From a virus, in IMG/VR virus record IMGVR_UViG_3300026187_000001: DNA of 41,039 nucleotides; one strand, 5' to 3'. The notes under the pieces were generated by a model. It was not told the DNA's origin and searched no databases. It saw nothing but the letters and a program-made list of their open reading frames with translations. The position numbers and the translations under genes were made by a program. Shown in pieces: positions 17,740 through 25,532 of this stretch (positions are counted from its first letter, which is position 1; the number at the start of each line of letters is the position of its first letter).

Positions 17740-17959
17740 ACATACTATTGTTACGGATAACAACACCCTCTATAGATTGTGATACTTTCTTAGCTTCTTG
17801 GTATGCCTCGTCGAAAGTCTCGTATAGCATTTCTGTTTCTTCTACTTCACCATTGTACTCTGATAAGTAGACAACACAGTAGGGATTGTTACCGTTTTCA
17901 TCTGCGTACTCAGGATGTTGAAATGGTTCTTGTAACACCTTGTGTAGTATGAGTTTCAT
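17729..17959 (-). CDS. Hypothetical protein (76 aa)
   Basis: Packed between its neighbours on the same strand. I recognised no motif. Confidence 0.45.
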   Translation of the reverse strand: MKLILHKVLQEPFQHPEYADENGNNPYCVVYLSEYNGEVEETEMLYETFDEAYQEAKKVSQSIEGVVIRNNSMYDA

Positions 17960-18357
17960 TTCTTAGGTTCCTTTAACCAAGCATCAGGTATCAGCCTGTC
18001 TGCATATTTAAATCCGTATCTGTCGCACCACATACCGTAGGTAGTCTTGCTACCTTTATATAGTCTAGCCTTACTATTTGTAAAGACAAACCGTATATCT
18101 AAGTCAGGGTACTGATCACGTACAGCCAAGTGTTTAGCTCTATCTGGGGAAATGAACCGTCCCTTGGTTTCGATTATGATACCGTTCTCTAGTACAAAGT
18201 CAGGTGTGTATGTCTTAGTCTTAGGATCAACCCACTTAATCTTGAACTCTTCATAAGTGAACTTCACACCTTTCTTCTTTAAGAACTTAGCAGTATCTTG
18301 CTCAAGACCTGAACGGTAACCTGCCCTCAGTGCTCTCTGTCTTACCTTAATCTTCAT
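17956..18357 (-). CDS. Endonuclease I (T7 gene 3-like Holliday junction resolvase), about 133 aa
   Basis: It aligns along its length to my recollection of T7 endonuclease I: SGLE...KGVKFTYEEFKI...YTPDFVL.NGIIIETKG...DRAKHL..RDQYPDLDIRFVF......LYKGS.TTYG.WC...GFKYADRLIPDAWLKEPKK. The start MKIKV (18357) is preferred over the track start at 18399. Confidence 0.9.
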   Translation of the reverse strand: MKIKVRQRALRAGYRSGLEQDTAKFLKKKGVKFTYEEFKIKWVDPKTKTYTPDFVLENGIIIETKGRFISPDRAKHLAVRDQYPDLDIRFVFTNSKARLYKGSKTTYGMWCDRYGFKYADRLIPDAWLKEPKK

Positions 18358-19207
18358 CCATAGATACCTCTGGAACTTTAGGTTCTGAGCGTACATCAAC
18401 TAGGTATACAGGGCCAGTGCTGTAAATAAACTTACGTGCTTCAGGCCAACACTGCTTCTTAAACTCACAGTAGCTACACATGATAGGCAGCTTGCTATTG
18501 GGACTCGACTTGGACTGTGGAACTTTATTCTGTCGTTGATCAGGCATATCACCTGCGACAAGTTCTTTAGCCTCTAACATCTCCTGCTCTTTGGTTCTGA
18601 GTTCCTCTGTGAAGTCATAAACATCTAGGCACATGTGTCCGTTCTGTTTATCTATCGCTAAGAATGCGCCGTGTGTTTTATCTGTTACCTTGTCATCATC
18701 TTGTCCTGCATACACATAACTAGATAGCTGACTGATGTAACCGAATGGATCGTCTTGTCGTAGGTTCCCTTCCTTGAACTTCTTGAATGCGTATGGACTA
18801 CAAGACTTGACATCGATAGTCATACCGTCAATCACTGCATCACGATGACCTTTGATACCGTGTACATTCAGACGATCTTGTTGTCCCTTCACATCATGTC
18901 CTGCAGCTATTGCTAGTGTCAGTGCTAGTTCCTCAATCATGTCACCATAAAAGAACTTGAACAGTGCGTCAGACTCTAGTGGCTTACCCTCTGCAGGTGT
19001 GTTGACTTTGTACCATAGCTTTCTCTTGCATGGAGTACCGATAGAAGACAGAGATAAATAACCTCGTGGCTCCTGTGGTTTGCTGAATCGTTTGTTAGCC
19101 ATCAGAGCGATGTTGTGGCCTAGAATAGAACCCTCTAATCCAGACCACCCACCGTTACCTTTGATAACCTCTTGCATATCAGCAATCAGAGTATCAATGG
19201 TTTTCAT
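18347..19207 (-). CDS. PD-(D/E)xK exonuclease of the Cas4/RecB type with a 4-Cys cluster (286 aa)
   Basis: Motifs HRDAVIDGMTIDVKS (D...D-x-K) and QLSSY (QxxxY). The Cys ligands are GTPCKRKLWY at the N-terminus and CSYCEFKKQC at the C-terminus. Confidence 0.75.
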   Translation of the reverse strand: MKTIDTLIADMQEVIKGNGGWSGLEGSILGHNIALMANKRFSKPQEPRGYLSLSSIGTPCKRKLWYKVNTPAEGKPLESDALFKFFYGDMIEELALTLAIAAGHDVKGQQDRLNVHGIKGHRDAVIDGMTIDVKSCSPYAFKKFKEGNLRQDDPFGYISQLSSYVYAGQDDDKVTDKTHGAFLAIDKQNGHMCLDVYDFTEELRTKEQEMLEAKELVAGDMPDQRQNKVPQSKSSPNSKLPIMCSYCEFKKQCWPEARKFIYSTGPVYLVDVRSEPKVPEVSMDED

Positions 19208-19701
19208 TAGAAGCCTACTGCCTCGTTCTCTTGGATGTACTCAACAAGCTCAAGAACCTTGACACCAACCAAGGATGTACGGCTGTACTGTTTACCGTCT
19301 GAACCTGTGAAGGTAGTGACTAGGTTAGTACACTCAGCTACTGTACCGTTACCGATCACACCCATGTCTGCAGTCCAAGGGTTACCGTCCTTGTCTGTTA
19401 CCTTCGGTGCTCCACCTGCTTGTGGAATCTCAGTACCGTCCTTCTTTGTAACCTTGTGTGGACGTACAAACTTTACTACAATCTCACCATCAATCATACG
19501 ATTCTGGTTAGGTTGCTTCTGAGAACCTGCGTCCTTCAGTGCTTTCATACCGTCCTTGGTGAGTACTTGGTTGACAGTGTAAGCACCGTCCGACTTTTCA
19601 TACGCACCACCATACCCTGTAAGGTCACGGTTTTCCTCAGTTAGACGAGGCCATTCGATTGCACCAGTAGTTGTTACTTCTTTGTAGATTGTTTTAGGCA
19701 T
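19207..19701 (-). CDS. Single-stranded DNA-binding protein, T7 gp2.5-like (164 aa)
   Basis: It lies between the DNA polymerase and the nuclease. It has an OB-like core (IGNGTVAEC...SLVGVKVLELVEY) and an acidic C-terminal tail ending in Phe (QENEAVGF), as gp2.5 does. Confidence 0.6.
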   Translation of the reverse strand: MPKTIYKEVTTTGAIEWPRLTEENRDLTGYGGAYEKSDGAYTVNQVLTKDGMKALKDAGSQKQPNQNRMIDGEIVVKFVRPHKVTKKDGTEIPQAGGAPKVTDKDGNPWTADMGVIGNGTVAECTNLVTTFTGSDGKQYSRTSLVGVKVLELVEYIQENEAVGF

Positions 19702-19725
19702 TGGTTTTCCTTCTATTTTGTAGGG

Positions 19726-19764
19726 CCATACTTATATATTAATACATATAGTAGCGTCTGTCAA
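19726..19764 (-). promoter_or_regulatory. Sigma70-type promoter upstream of the SSB gene: TTGACA-N17-TAATAT followed by ATAAGTATGG
   Basis: On the minus strand the -35 is 19764..19759 and the -10 is 19741..19736. It shares a roughly 16-nt block with two other promoters. Confidence 0.65.
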
Positions 19765-19768
19765 GGGG

Positions 19769-21649
19769 TCAATGTGTATCTTTCCACGATTTTCCTATCG
19801 AAGATTCACCCTCTAACGGACACATAATTCCGAGATGCAAACCTGCCCATTGGATCGCATCACGTTGTATCTGAGCTAGTCTCTCTGCGTCTTGATAACT
19901 TCCTCTCACTTCTGTTTGCCATTCGTCATGTACCCATGTACATATCTTAAAGTCAAGACCTTCTTGCTTTGCCTGTTCACGCCACCGTCTTGTAGCGTAC
20001 TTCATTACAAGTGTCTCGCCATTCTGCAACATACCTGCTAGTGTCTTGTGTTCGTTAGGTACTACAACCTTGCGTCCATCGTACCCTCTGAAGTAACCAC
20101 GAGATGCTATCTCAGGTATAACATTCTTCTTTAGTTTAGCTAGTCCTTCAATACTATTAGTAAAGTTAGACACTGCTTTGTTTGCCTGACCCATACCTGT
20201 CTTCAGTATCTGTGCGATCTTTGCTGTACCTGCACCAAGTAGGAATGCATAGATGAATGTCTTAGCCATGTCTCTAGTGATATGATTCAGACCCAGAGCC
20301 TTACGATTAAGGTTGTGTATATCTGTGTCGTCTTCTTTCTTACCTTCGATAATAGCCTTAACATACTGCTTACTCTCCATGATGTCAGCAAGTATCCGAA
20401 GTTGGATTCCTGCAGCATCCGTACCAACAAGATAGCACCCATCAGGTGTTGTCCATAAGTCTCTAAACTGTCCATCGTAATCTGCCTTTACTTTGTCTAC
20501 CGCAGTCTTAGCATCACCATGATACACACTTGGTATGTTACCCATGTTAGGGTGACGGTGTGCCATGCGTCCTGTCCATGATCCTATGTGCATGAACTGA
20601 CCGTGGATGCGTGTATCCCTGCTACTCTCCACTGCCTGTAGCCACTCTGTGAGTGTGCTTCTGCGTCCTTCTAAGGTCAACCACTCAGCAAGTGCCTTTG
20701 CCCCCTCTGGTGCGCTCTGAGGCAGCGTGTTGAGGTTCTCCTCTGATACTGTCCAACCATACTTCTTGTAGTAGTCAAGCTTCTCTGTCTGTTCCTTGCG
20801 GATAGCCTCACGGTGACCGACTGTTTTATCTACAGGATTCCAACCTGCATCCCACAATCTCTCGACTCGTTGCTTCGTAGAACCTGGGTTGAACTCTACG
20901 TAGTCGTAGCACTCTAGCATATCGTCAACGATCTTTGTCTCAGGGTATGTCTCAAGTGCAGTCTCTACATTCTTGAACAGGTTACCGTCTTCCTTAACAC
21001 GGTACTTGATAGTCTTGATTAGTTCTAGCTTGGGTGGGAATGCCTGATGAATACGTTCCTCTAGTTCTTGTAGTCGTTTAGTAATCTCTAGATGCAAACG
21101 ATTCGCAGTTGCTATGTCAAACTCGAACCCACCCTCGTGCATCTCTTGGCAGATGATTGCTACATCATGTTCAAGGCGCATAGACTGTGACCAATCCTTG
21201 TCCTTGATCTGCTTAGAGAAGTGATCGAATAGTTTCTCTGTTACCTCAACGTCACGGTGACAGTAGTCTAGCATCTCTTGTGTCAGGCCACCCTCGAAGT
21301 CCTTGAAGTTATCCTTCGGGAAGCCTAGCTTCTCACCCCATGTTGCAAGACTGTGTGATCCGATACCGAAGTCAACAAGCATAGACACAACCAAGGTATC
21401 AACAATCTTCTGCATGTCGATGACTTGTCCTACAATCCTGTTGATCACAGGCGCATCGAAGTTGATGAAGTTGTGACCAACCCAACGTGTGACACCCTTG
21501 GCGTACTGCTTGAACCGATCACGTTCCTCTTCGTTCTCATGTAGGTTGACGAACTGGTGTGTCTTACCTGACTCTTTCTCTTTCACACAGATACACCACA
21601 ACTTGTCAGGGGTCAGGCTCTCTGTCTCTATGTCTGCGAATACTATCAT
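19769..21649 (-). CDS. DNA polymerase, family A, T7 gp5-like with a 3'-5' exonuclease domain (626 aa)
   Basis: ExoI FADIETE; motif A DAAGIQLRILA; motif B RDMAKTFIYAFLLGAG; motif C VHDEWQTE. Confidence 0.95.
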   Translation of the reverse strand: MIVFADIETESLTPDKLWCICVKEKESGKTHQFVNLHENEEERDRFKQYAKGVTRWVGHNFINFDAPVINRIVGQVIDMQKIVDTLVVSMLVDFGIGSHSLATWGEKLGFPKDNFKDFEGGLTQEMLDYCHRDVEVTEKLFDHFSKQIKDKDWSQSMRLEHDVAIICQEMHEGGFEFDIATANRLHLEITKRLQELEERIHQAFPPKLELIKTIKYRVKEDGNLFKNVETALETYPETKIVDDMLECYDYVEFNPGSTKQRVERLWDAGWNPVDKTVGHREAIRKEQTEKLDYYKKYGWTVSEENLNTLPQSAPEGAKALAEWLTLEGRRSTLTEWLQAVESSRDTRIHGQFMHIGSWTGRMAHRHPNMGNIPSVYHGDAKTAVDKVKADYDGQFRDLWTTPDGCYLVGTDAAGIQLRILADIMESKQYVKAIIEGKKEDDTDIHNLNRKALGLNHITRDMAKTFIYAFLLGAGTAKIAQILKTGMGQANKAVSNFTNSIEGLAKLKKNVIPEIASRGYFRGYDGRKVVVPNEHKTLAGMLQNGETLVMKYATRRWREQAKQEGLDFKICTWVHDEWQTEVRGSYQDAERLAQIQRDAIQWAGLHLGIMCPLEGESSIGKSWKDTH

Positions 21650-21687
21650 TCAATTCTCCTATCCAGTGCGTCACGTCATCATATGGG

Positions 21688-23280
21688 TTAGCTCCATCTA
21701 CCTCTGTCTTCTGAGAGTTTGAAGCTTGCCTCGTCGAATCTAAGCTTCCCTGCGAATCCTGTTTTACCTGCAGGTCTGTTCTTGACGAGGAGTAGTTTCG
21801 TTGTGTTCCTTTCATCACGATCCTCTGCCATCTTATCACGTTCTAGTTTCACTACAACAGATGCACGTTTCGCAATGGTTCTGCAATCTCGTACCTGTCC
21901 ATCATCATTCTCATGGGCGATGGTTACGATTCCCACGTTTAGTTCAGAGGCAATGCGAGATAGCTGTACTGACAAAGCAGACAACCATTTCTCTACTGAC
22001 TCCTCACCCTTACGAGAGTAGGCTAAGTCTTGTATCGGTTCAAAGAATACGTAGTCTACTCCACAAGCCTCACGGAAATACCTGATCTTTTCTAGTATGT
22101 CCATAGGGTCTTCGTCTACTGCGATCTGGAACTGGAACAGGCGTTCATCTTGTGATAGTTCGATGATTGCTTGCTTGACTTCCTCTTCCATATCGTGTTC
22201 TTGTATCAAGTCTTTACGTGTCAGGTTCATGTTCAAGTGGTACGACACTAGACCTAACACACTTCGCTTCTCTGTTTCTTCTAGGTGACAGATAGCAATG
22301 CTTGTATCCTTGTGCTCAGTCAAGACGTGGTACTCTAGGTAGCGCATGAACTCTGTCTTGCCGATACCTTCGGGTGCTTGGAACACAGTGAAGTGTCCTT
22401 GCATCAGACCAAGTGCAACGTCATCAAAGGATTCGATACCTGTCGATACGTACACTGCATCGTCTTGCTTCTCGAATAGTTCTAGGAACTGTTCAGGTGT
22501 GCTACGAATGTTGTCAGGTGTGTACCGTTTAGCATTGTAGAATGCTGCAGCGTAGCTAGGTTTAGCACCTGCCTCTAAGAACTCGTTAGCATCCTTGAAC
22601 TTATCGTGTATGATCTGGAATGTTTTCTTCGGGAACAGTGCGCCGATCTTGGTAGCCAATGCACGTCCTGCCTCGTCGTTATCTACTGACAACACAATCC
22701 TGTCGAAGCTATCGATCCACTCCTTTGCTTTACCCTGCCACAGTTTCTGATTAGGTGTGGCACTAGGCACGGATACACATGGGTACTTCTTGTCGAGCAT
22801 CTGGAATGCAGACATAGCATCTAGCTCACCCTCGCATATCACGATAGACCTAGCTGACCCTGCGTTGAACTTATCCATACCGAATAGTTCATCAGTCTTG
22901 AATCCCTTGTCTGTCTTGAATCCTTTCTCCTTGGTGTTGCGTACCTTACGGAATCCTGATGGGTACTTGTACACCTGATTGAATCCGAATGTCTGTACAT
23001 CGTAGAACTCCATGACATCTTTGCGTACACCACGGTAAGCTTCGTAGTCACCAAGCCCTTCGATCTCTGTGGTCTTGATTGTCTGTACTGATACTTGTTT
23101 TAGTTCTTGCAATGGATAAGTCTCCTTCGCCCAGGGTTTCAGGCTCATACCTTTACTTGGGTAGCCACGGTCACAACTATGGCAGTACCCTGTCATCTTC
23201 TCTGTGTTGTACGCAAAGGCATCTGAACTTTCACAGTCTGCATGTGGGCAGGGTTGGTGTGTTACTTCTCTAGCTTGCAT
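21688..23280 (-). CDS. Bifunctional primase-helicase, T7 gp4-like (530 aa)
   Basis: Zinc finger CPHADC...CHSCD; TOPRIM motifs VICEGELDAMS and VDNDEAG; Walker A APEGIGKTEF; DnaB-like C-terminal half. Confidence 0.9.
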   Translation of the reverse strand: MQAREVTHQPCPHADCESSDAFAYNTEKMTGYCHSCDRGYPSKGMSLKPWAKETYPLQELKQVSVQTIKTTEIEGLGDYEAYRGVRKDVMEFYDVQTFGFNQVYKYPSGFRKVRNTKEKGFKTDKGFKTDELFGMDKFNAGSARSIVICEGELDAMSAFQMLDKKYPCVSVPSATPNQKLWQGKAKEWIDSFDRIVLSVDNDEAGRALATKIGALFPKKTFQIIHDKFKDANEFLEAGAKPSYAAAFYNAKRYTPDNIRSTPEQFLELFEKQDDAVYVSTGIESFDDVALGLMQGHFTVFQAPEGIGKTEFMRYLEYHVLTEHKDTSIAICHLEETEKRSVLGLVSYHLNMNLTRKDLIQEHDMEEEVKQAIIELSQDERLFQFQIAVDEDPMDILEKIRYFREACGVDYVFFEPIQDLAYSRKGEESVEKWLSALSVQLSRIASELNVGIVTIAHENDDGQVRDCRTIAKRASVVVKLERDKMAEDRDERNTTKLLLVKNRPAGKTGFAGKLRFDEASFKLSEDRGRWS

Positions 23281-23926
23281 TTCTTAGTGCGCTCCATGAT
23301 ACAGGGAACAGACGTTCCATCTCTTCGTCAATAGCATCCGCTACAATACGTGACTCTCGTTGCGTGTCATCAGTGCATCGTAGGTTACACATGTCAACGA
23401 ATGCGTCAAGACTACCTGACCAATACCACTCTGTCATCATAGACTGAGGCAACACCATACGTGCTTGCTCTGGTGCGACACCCTCGTTGAGTAGTTGCTC
23501 ATACGCCATGAGAGCTTTCGTGTTGTAGTACTTAATGTTAAAGTTACTCTTGACTGTACCTTCACTGCCTTGCTTCTTGTCTGCGCTACGTCCACGCCAC
23601 TCAGGTGATTCGTATAACTCTACGTCAATGTCAACGTACCGACGACTGATCTCGTTCCAACGTAGGAACTTATGCTTGACTAGCTGACGTGCTACAAACA
23701 CAGGTGCCTTGACATGGAAAGATGCGAAGCAATGCCCGAATGGACTGATGTGTTTGTGCTTTGCAAGGTACTTGATTAGCTTGTCATCTTTGAACTGTAG
23801 TACCTTCGGCTCACCCATGTGAACACGTGGCATGTAGTCTGACTTCTTACCGAAGCTAACACGTGCAGCGTTGACCACTGTTAAGTCATCACCCATGTGA
23901 TTGATATAGGTTACCTCAATCATCAT
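23270..23926 (-). CDS. thyX: Flavin-dependent thymidylate synthase ThyX-like (218 aa), with KHK in place of the canonical RHR
   Basis: AARVSFGK, FHVKAPVFVARQLVKHKFLRWNEISRRY, ADKKQGS. The signature spacing (three residues, then X7, then Ser) is retained. Confidence 0.8.
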   Translation of the reverse strand: MMIEVTYINHMGDDLTVVNAARVSFGKKSDYMPRVHMGEPKVLQFKDDKLIKYLAKHKHISPFGHCFASFHVKAPVFVARQLVKHKFLRWNEISRRYVDIDVELYESPEWRGRSADKKQGSEGTVKSNFNIKYYNTKALMAYEQLLNEGVAPEQARMVLPQSMMTEWYWSGSLDAFVDMCNLRCTDDTQRESRIVADAIDEEMERLFPVSWSALRNAS

Positions 23927-24233
23927 CTTTCCTTACATAATTTTCTATGAAGTGTTTGACACTCTTACTTTGATACCATTTATTTTTATTAAGAACTCTC
24001 CACTTACCAGTAAGTAATGCATAGATAAACTTATCTTCTACTAACACAGTCCCTGACCCATGATGTTTCCAATTAACACCACTCAGTATAAGCTCTCTTT
24101 CCTGTTGCAATCTTTTTAACTCATTCCACGGCCCTTTTCCGTATTGATCTTTATCATAAACCCTTATCTCAGCAAGCCTCACTTCTTCACTTTGCTTCTC
24201 TATCTCTTTGTCTATCCTTTCTAACTCAATCAT
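23916..24233 (-). CDS. Hypothetical protein (105 aa from MIELERIDKE)
   Basis: ATG 24233 overlaps the stop of the upstream 56-aa ORF (ATGA). The track start at 24254 is the less likely choice. Confidence 0.5.
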   Translation of the reverse strand: MIELERIDKEIEKQSEEVRLAEIRVYDKDQYGKGPWNELKRLQQERELILSGVNWKHHGSGTVLVEDKFIYALLTGKWRVLNKNKWYQSKSVKHFIENYVRKDDD

Positions 24234-24400
24234 TTTACATCCACCTCTAAACATACAACTGCCTCGCCTTTGTGTGTGACTAACACCTGTGCTTCATCCA
24301 ATGCTTGTATGCATTCATCTTTCTTCGGGAAAGATTTAATCTGATAATACTCTACACCCTGACTGTTGGTTATCTGAAACCAAACCAATACCCATATCAT
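24230..24400 (-). CDS. 56-aa ORF not in the track (MIWVLVWFQITNSQGVEYYQIKSFPKKDECIQALDEAQVLVTHKGEAVVCLEVDVK)
   Basis: Hand translation. ATGA overlaps at both ends. Hydrophobic N-terminus and two Cys. Confidence 0.55.
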   Translation of the reverse strand: MIWVLVWFQITNSQGVEYYQIKSFPKKDECIQALDEAQVLVTHKGEAVVCLEVDVK

Positions 24401-24516
24401 TGCTTACCACCTTTGAATCTGTGCTTGAAGAACACGATAGTATTCAACCCAGTGTTAATCGTTACCATCAACAGTATCCACCACTGCCACCATACTAATC
24501 CACCTACTTCAAACAT
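24397..24516 (-). CDS. 39-aa Trp-rich single-TM peptide not in the track (MFEVGGLVWWQWWILLMVTINTGLNTIVFFKHRFKGGKQ)
   Basis: Hand translation. Its start overlaps the previous ORF by 8 nt and its stop overlaps the next start. Confidence 0.5.
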   Translation of the reverse strand: MFEVGGLVWWQWWILLMVTINTGLNTIVFFKHRFKGGKQ

Positions 24517-24619
24517 CCTCGTCCTTTCCTTTGTGTTTCTTTTTCCTAAATGGTTTAGGTTTCTTCTTATCTGGTATGACTTTCTGCTTGTACTTAGGTT
24601 GCCTCAAGTCTTTAGCCAT
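24509..24619 (-). CDS. 36-aa polybasic peptide not in the track, ArfA-like (MAKDLRQPKYKQKVIPDKKKPKPFRKKKHKGKDEDV)
   Basis: Hand translation. The pattern P-x-Y-K-Q-K-V-x3-KK-x4-F-RKKKH parallels E. coli ArfA P-L-F-R-Q-R-V-x3-KK-x4-Y-x-RKGKH, recalled from memory. Confidence 0.5.
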   Translation of the reverse strand: MAKDLRQPKYKQKVIPDKKKPKPFRKKKHKGKDEDV

Positions 24620-24623
24620 TGGA

Positions 24624-24785
24624 TTAGAACGTGATGTTACCGTCTTCATCGTATGGACTCCTGAAGTAACCCTTCATCATACATTCCTGGCGAGGATCAA
24701 AGTCATCATCGTCATCCTCGAAGTCTAAGTCTACTGGTGTCATCACACCAATCTCACGCATAAAAATTTCTAGTTCTGTGTTCAT
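24624..24785 (-). CDS. 53-aa acidic ORF not in the track (MNTELEIFMREIGVMTPVDLDFEDDDDDFDPRQECMMKGYFRSPYDEDGNITF)
   Basis: Hand translation. RBS ggagtaataaacATG. It is the first gene after the promoter at 24794..24835. Confidence 0.55.
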   Translation of the reverse strand: MNTELEIFMREIGVMTPVDLDFEDDDDDFDPRQECMMKGYFRSPYDEDGNITF

Positions 24786-24793
24786 GTTTATTA

Positions 24794-24835
24794 CTCCTAT
24801 ACTTATATATTAGTACATTCTGATCGACGTGTAAA
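24794..24835 (-). promoter_or_regulatory. Sigma70-type promoter: TTTACA-N17-TAATAT followed by ATAAGTATAGGAG
   Basis: On the minus strand the -35 is 24835..24830 and the -10 is 24812..24807. It has the same conserved block as the promoters at 19726 and 27962. Confidence 0.6.
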
Positions 24836-24837
24836 GA

Positions 24838-25041
24838 CTATTCTTCATATTTATCTTTGATACCAAGAAGTCTTTTCAATTCATCCTCTTCGTTGATCTT
24901 GAAGATTCTTTCAAGGTCATCTCTACCGAATGTACTGTAAGCAGTCTTGTTAATATCGTCCTTACACTCAACGCAGTAGAACCGTTGCATCTTTTTATCT
25001 ACAAACGTAGCGTCTGCTCTGTTACAACAAAAACATCTCAT
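24838..25041 (-). CDS. Small zinc-ribbon protein (67 aa)
   Basis: CFCC...CVEC Cys pairs, with an acidic C-terminal half. Confidence 0.55.
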   Translation of the reverse strand: MRCFCCNRADATFVDKKMQRFYCVECKDDINKTAYSTFGRDDLERIFKINEEDELKRLLGIKDKYEE

Positions 25042-25063
25042 GTCCTGCCCCTTTCTTTAGTCT

Positions 25064-25152
25064 CTTACTAATAGTAATGTGTATAAAGTATTACTATACT
25101 TATAACACAGATTCTTTAAGTATTATCCTTTAAGTAAGATAGGGTATCACAA
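25064..25152. repeat. Copy A of a roughly 90-bp imperfect direct repeat (partner 27817..27910)
   Basis: Shared blocks: CTTACT, TAAAGTATTA, TATACTTATAACACA (15/15) and ATAGGGTATCA (11/11), with about 70 percent identity between them. On the minus strand it contains TGTTATAAG, an extended -10-like element. Confidence 0.8.
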
Positions 25153-25329
25153 ATCCTTGTCGTTGTCAAGTGCTTCTTGCATGTGTGCATGATACCCCAT
25201 CTCAAATCCATTCCAGAAGTTAGATTTGATAACCTTGTTGTCGATCTGCTCAGAGTCCTTGCGCCCAACTAGGAATCCCAGTGCAAACGCTAGACCGATC
25301 AAGGCTACCAACCATCCATCAAGTGTCAA
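25147..25329 (-). CDS. Small membrane protein (60 aa)
   Basis: N-terminal TM helix WLVALIGLAFALGFLVG. Confidence 0.5.
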   Translation of the reverse strand: MTLDGWLVALIGLAFALGFLVGRKDSEQIDNKVIKSNFWNGFEMGYHAHMQEALDNDKDL

Positions 25330-25531
25330 CGTACTGCTCCTTTAGGTTGAACATGAAAGCATTGATGACACCGTGAAACATCTTGTTCTGCTTATGCGAA
25401 TCCTTGATCTTCAACTGTACTATCTCTAGCTTCTCACGTGCTTCTCTTACATTAAGTTTCTTTGTTATCACTCTGAAACTATTGTCTTCTAGTTCAGCGA
25501 TGATTACGTATGCGTCTGGTTTGTTATCCAT
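25319..25531 (-). CDS. Hypothetical early protein (70 aa)
   Basis: On the same strand and tightly packed. No motif recognised. Confidence 0.45.
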   Translation of the reverse strand: MDNKPDAYVIIAELEDNSFRVITKKLNVREAREKLEIVQLKIKDSHKQNKMFHGVINAFMFNLKEQYVDT

Positions 25532-25532
25532 T

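Noticed and set aside
14087-23273. Short ORFs nested in or antisense to the RNR, phosphoesterase, nuclease, SSB, DNA polymerase and primase-helicase genes, e.g. 15022..15303-, 15155..15737+, 17031..17441-, 19080..19644+, 20287..20475-, 21489..22540+, 21606..21839-, 22757..23273
   Set aside because: They are all embedded in genes with unambiguous catalytic motifs, and none has independent start signals.
24305-24728. Plus-strand track ORFs 24305..24634 (109 aa) and 24531..24728 (65 aa)
   Set aside because: The minus strand here carries four tightly coupled ORFs following a consensus promoter and RBS. The plus-strand products are Leu/Phe/His/Pro-rich with no start signals, and they would be the only plus-strand genes within a 13-kb minus-strand arm. 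The same reasoning applies to 25510..25797+.
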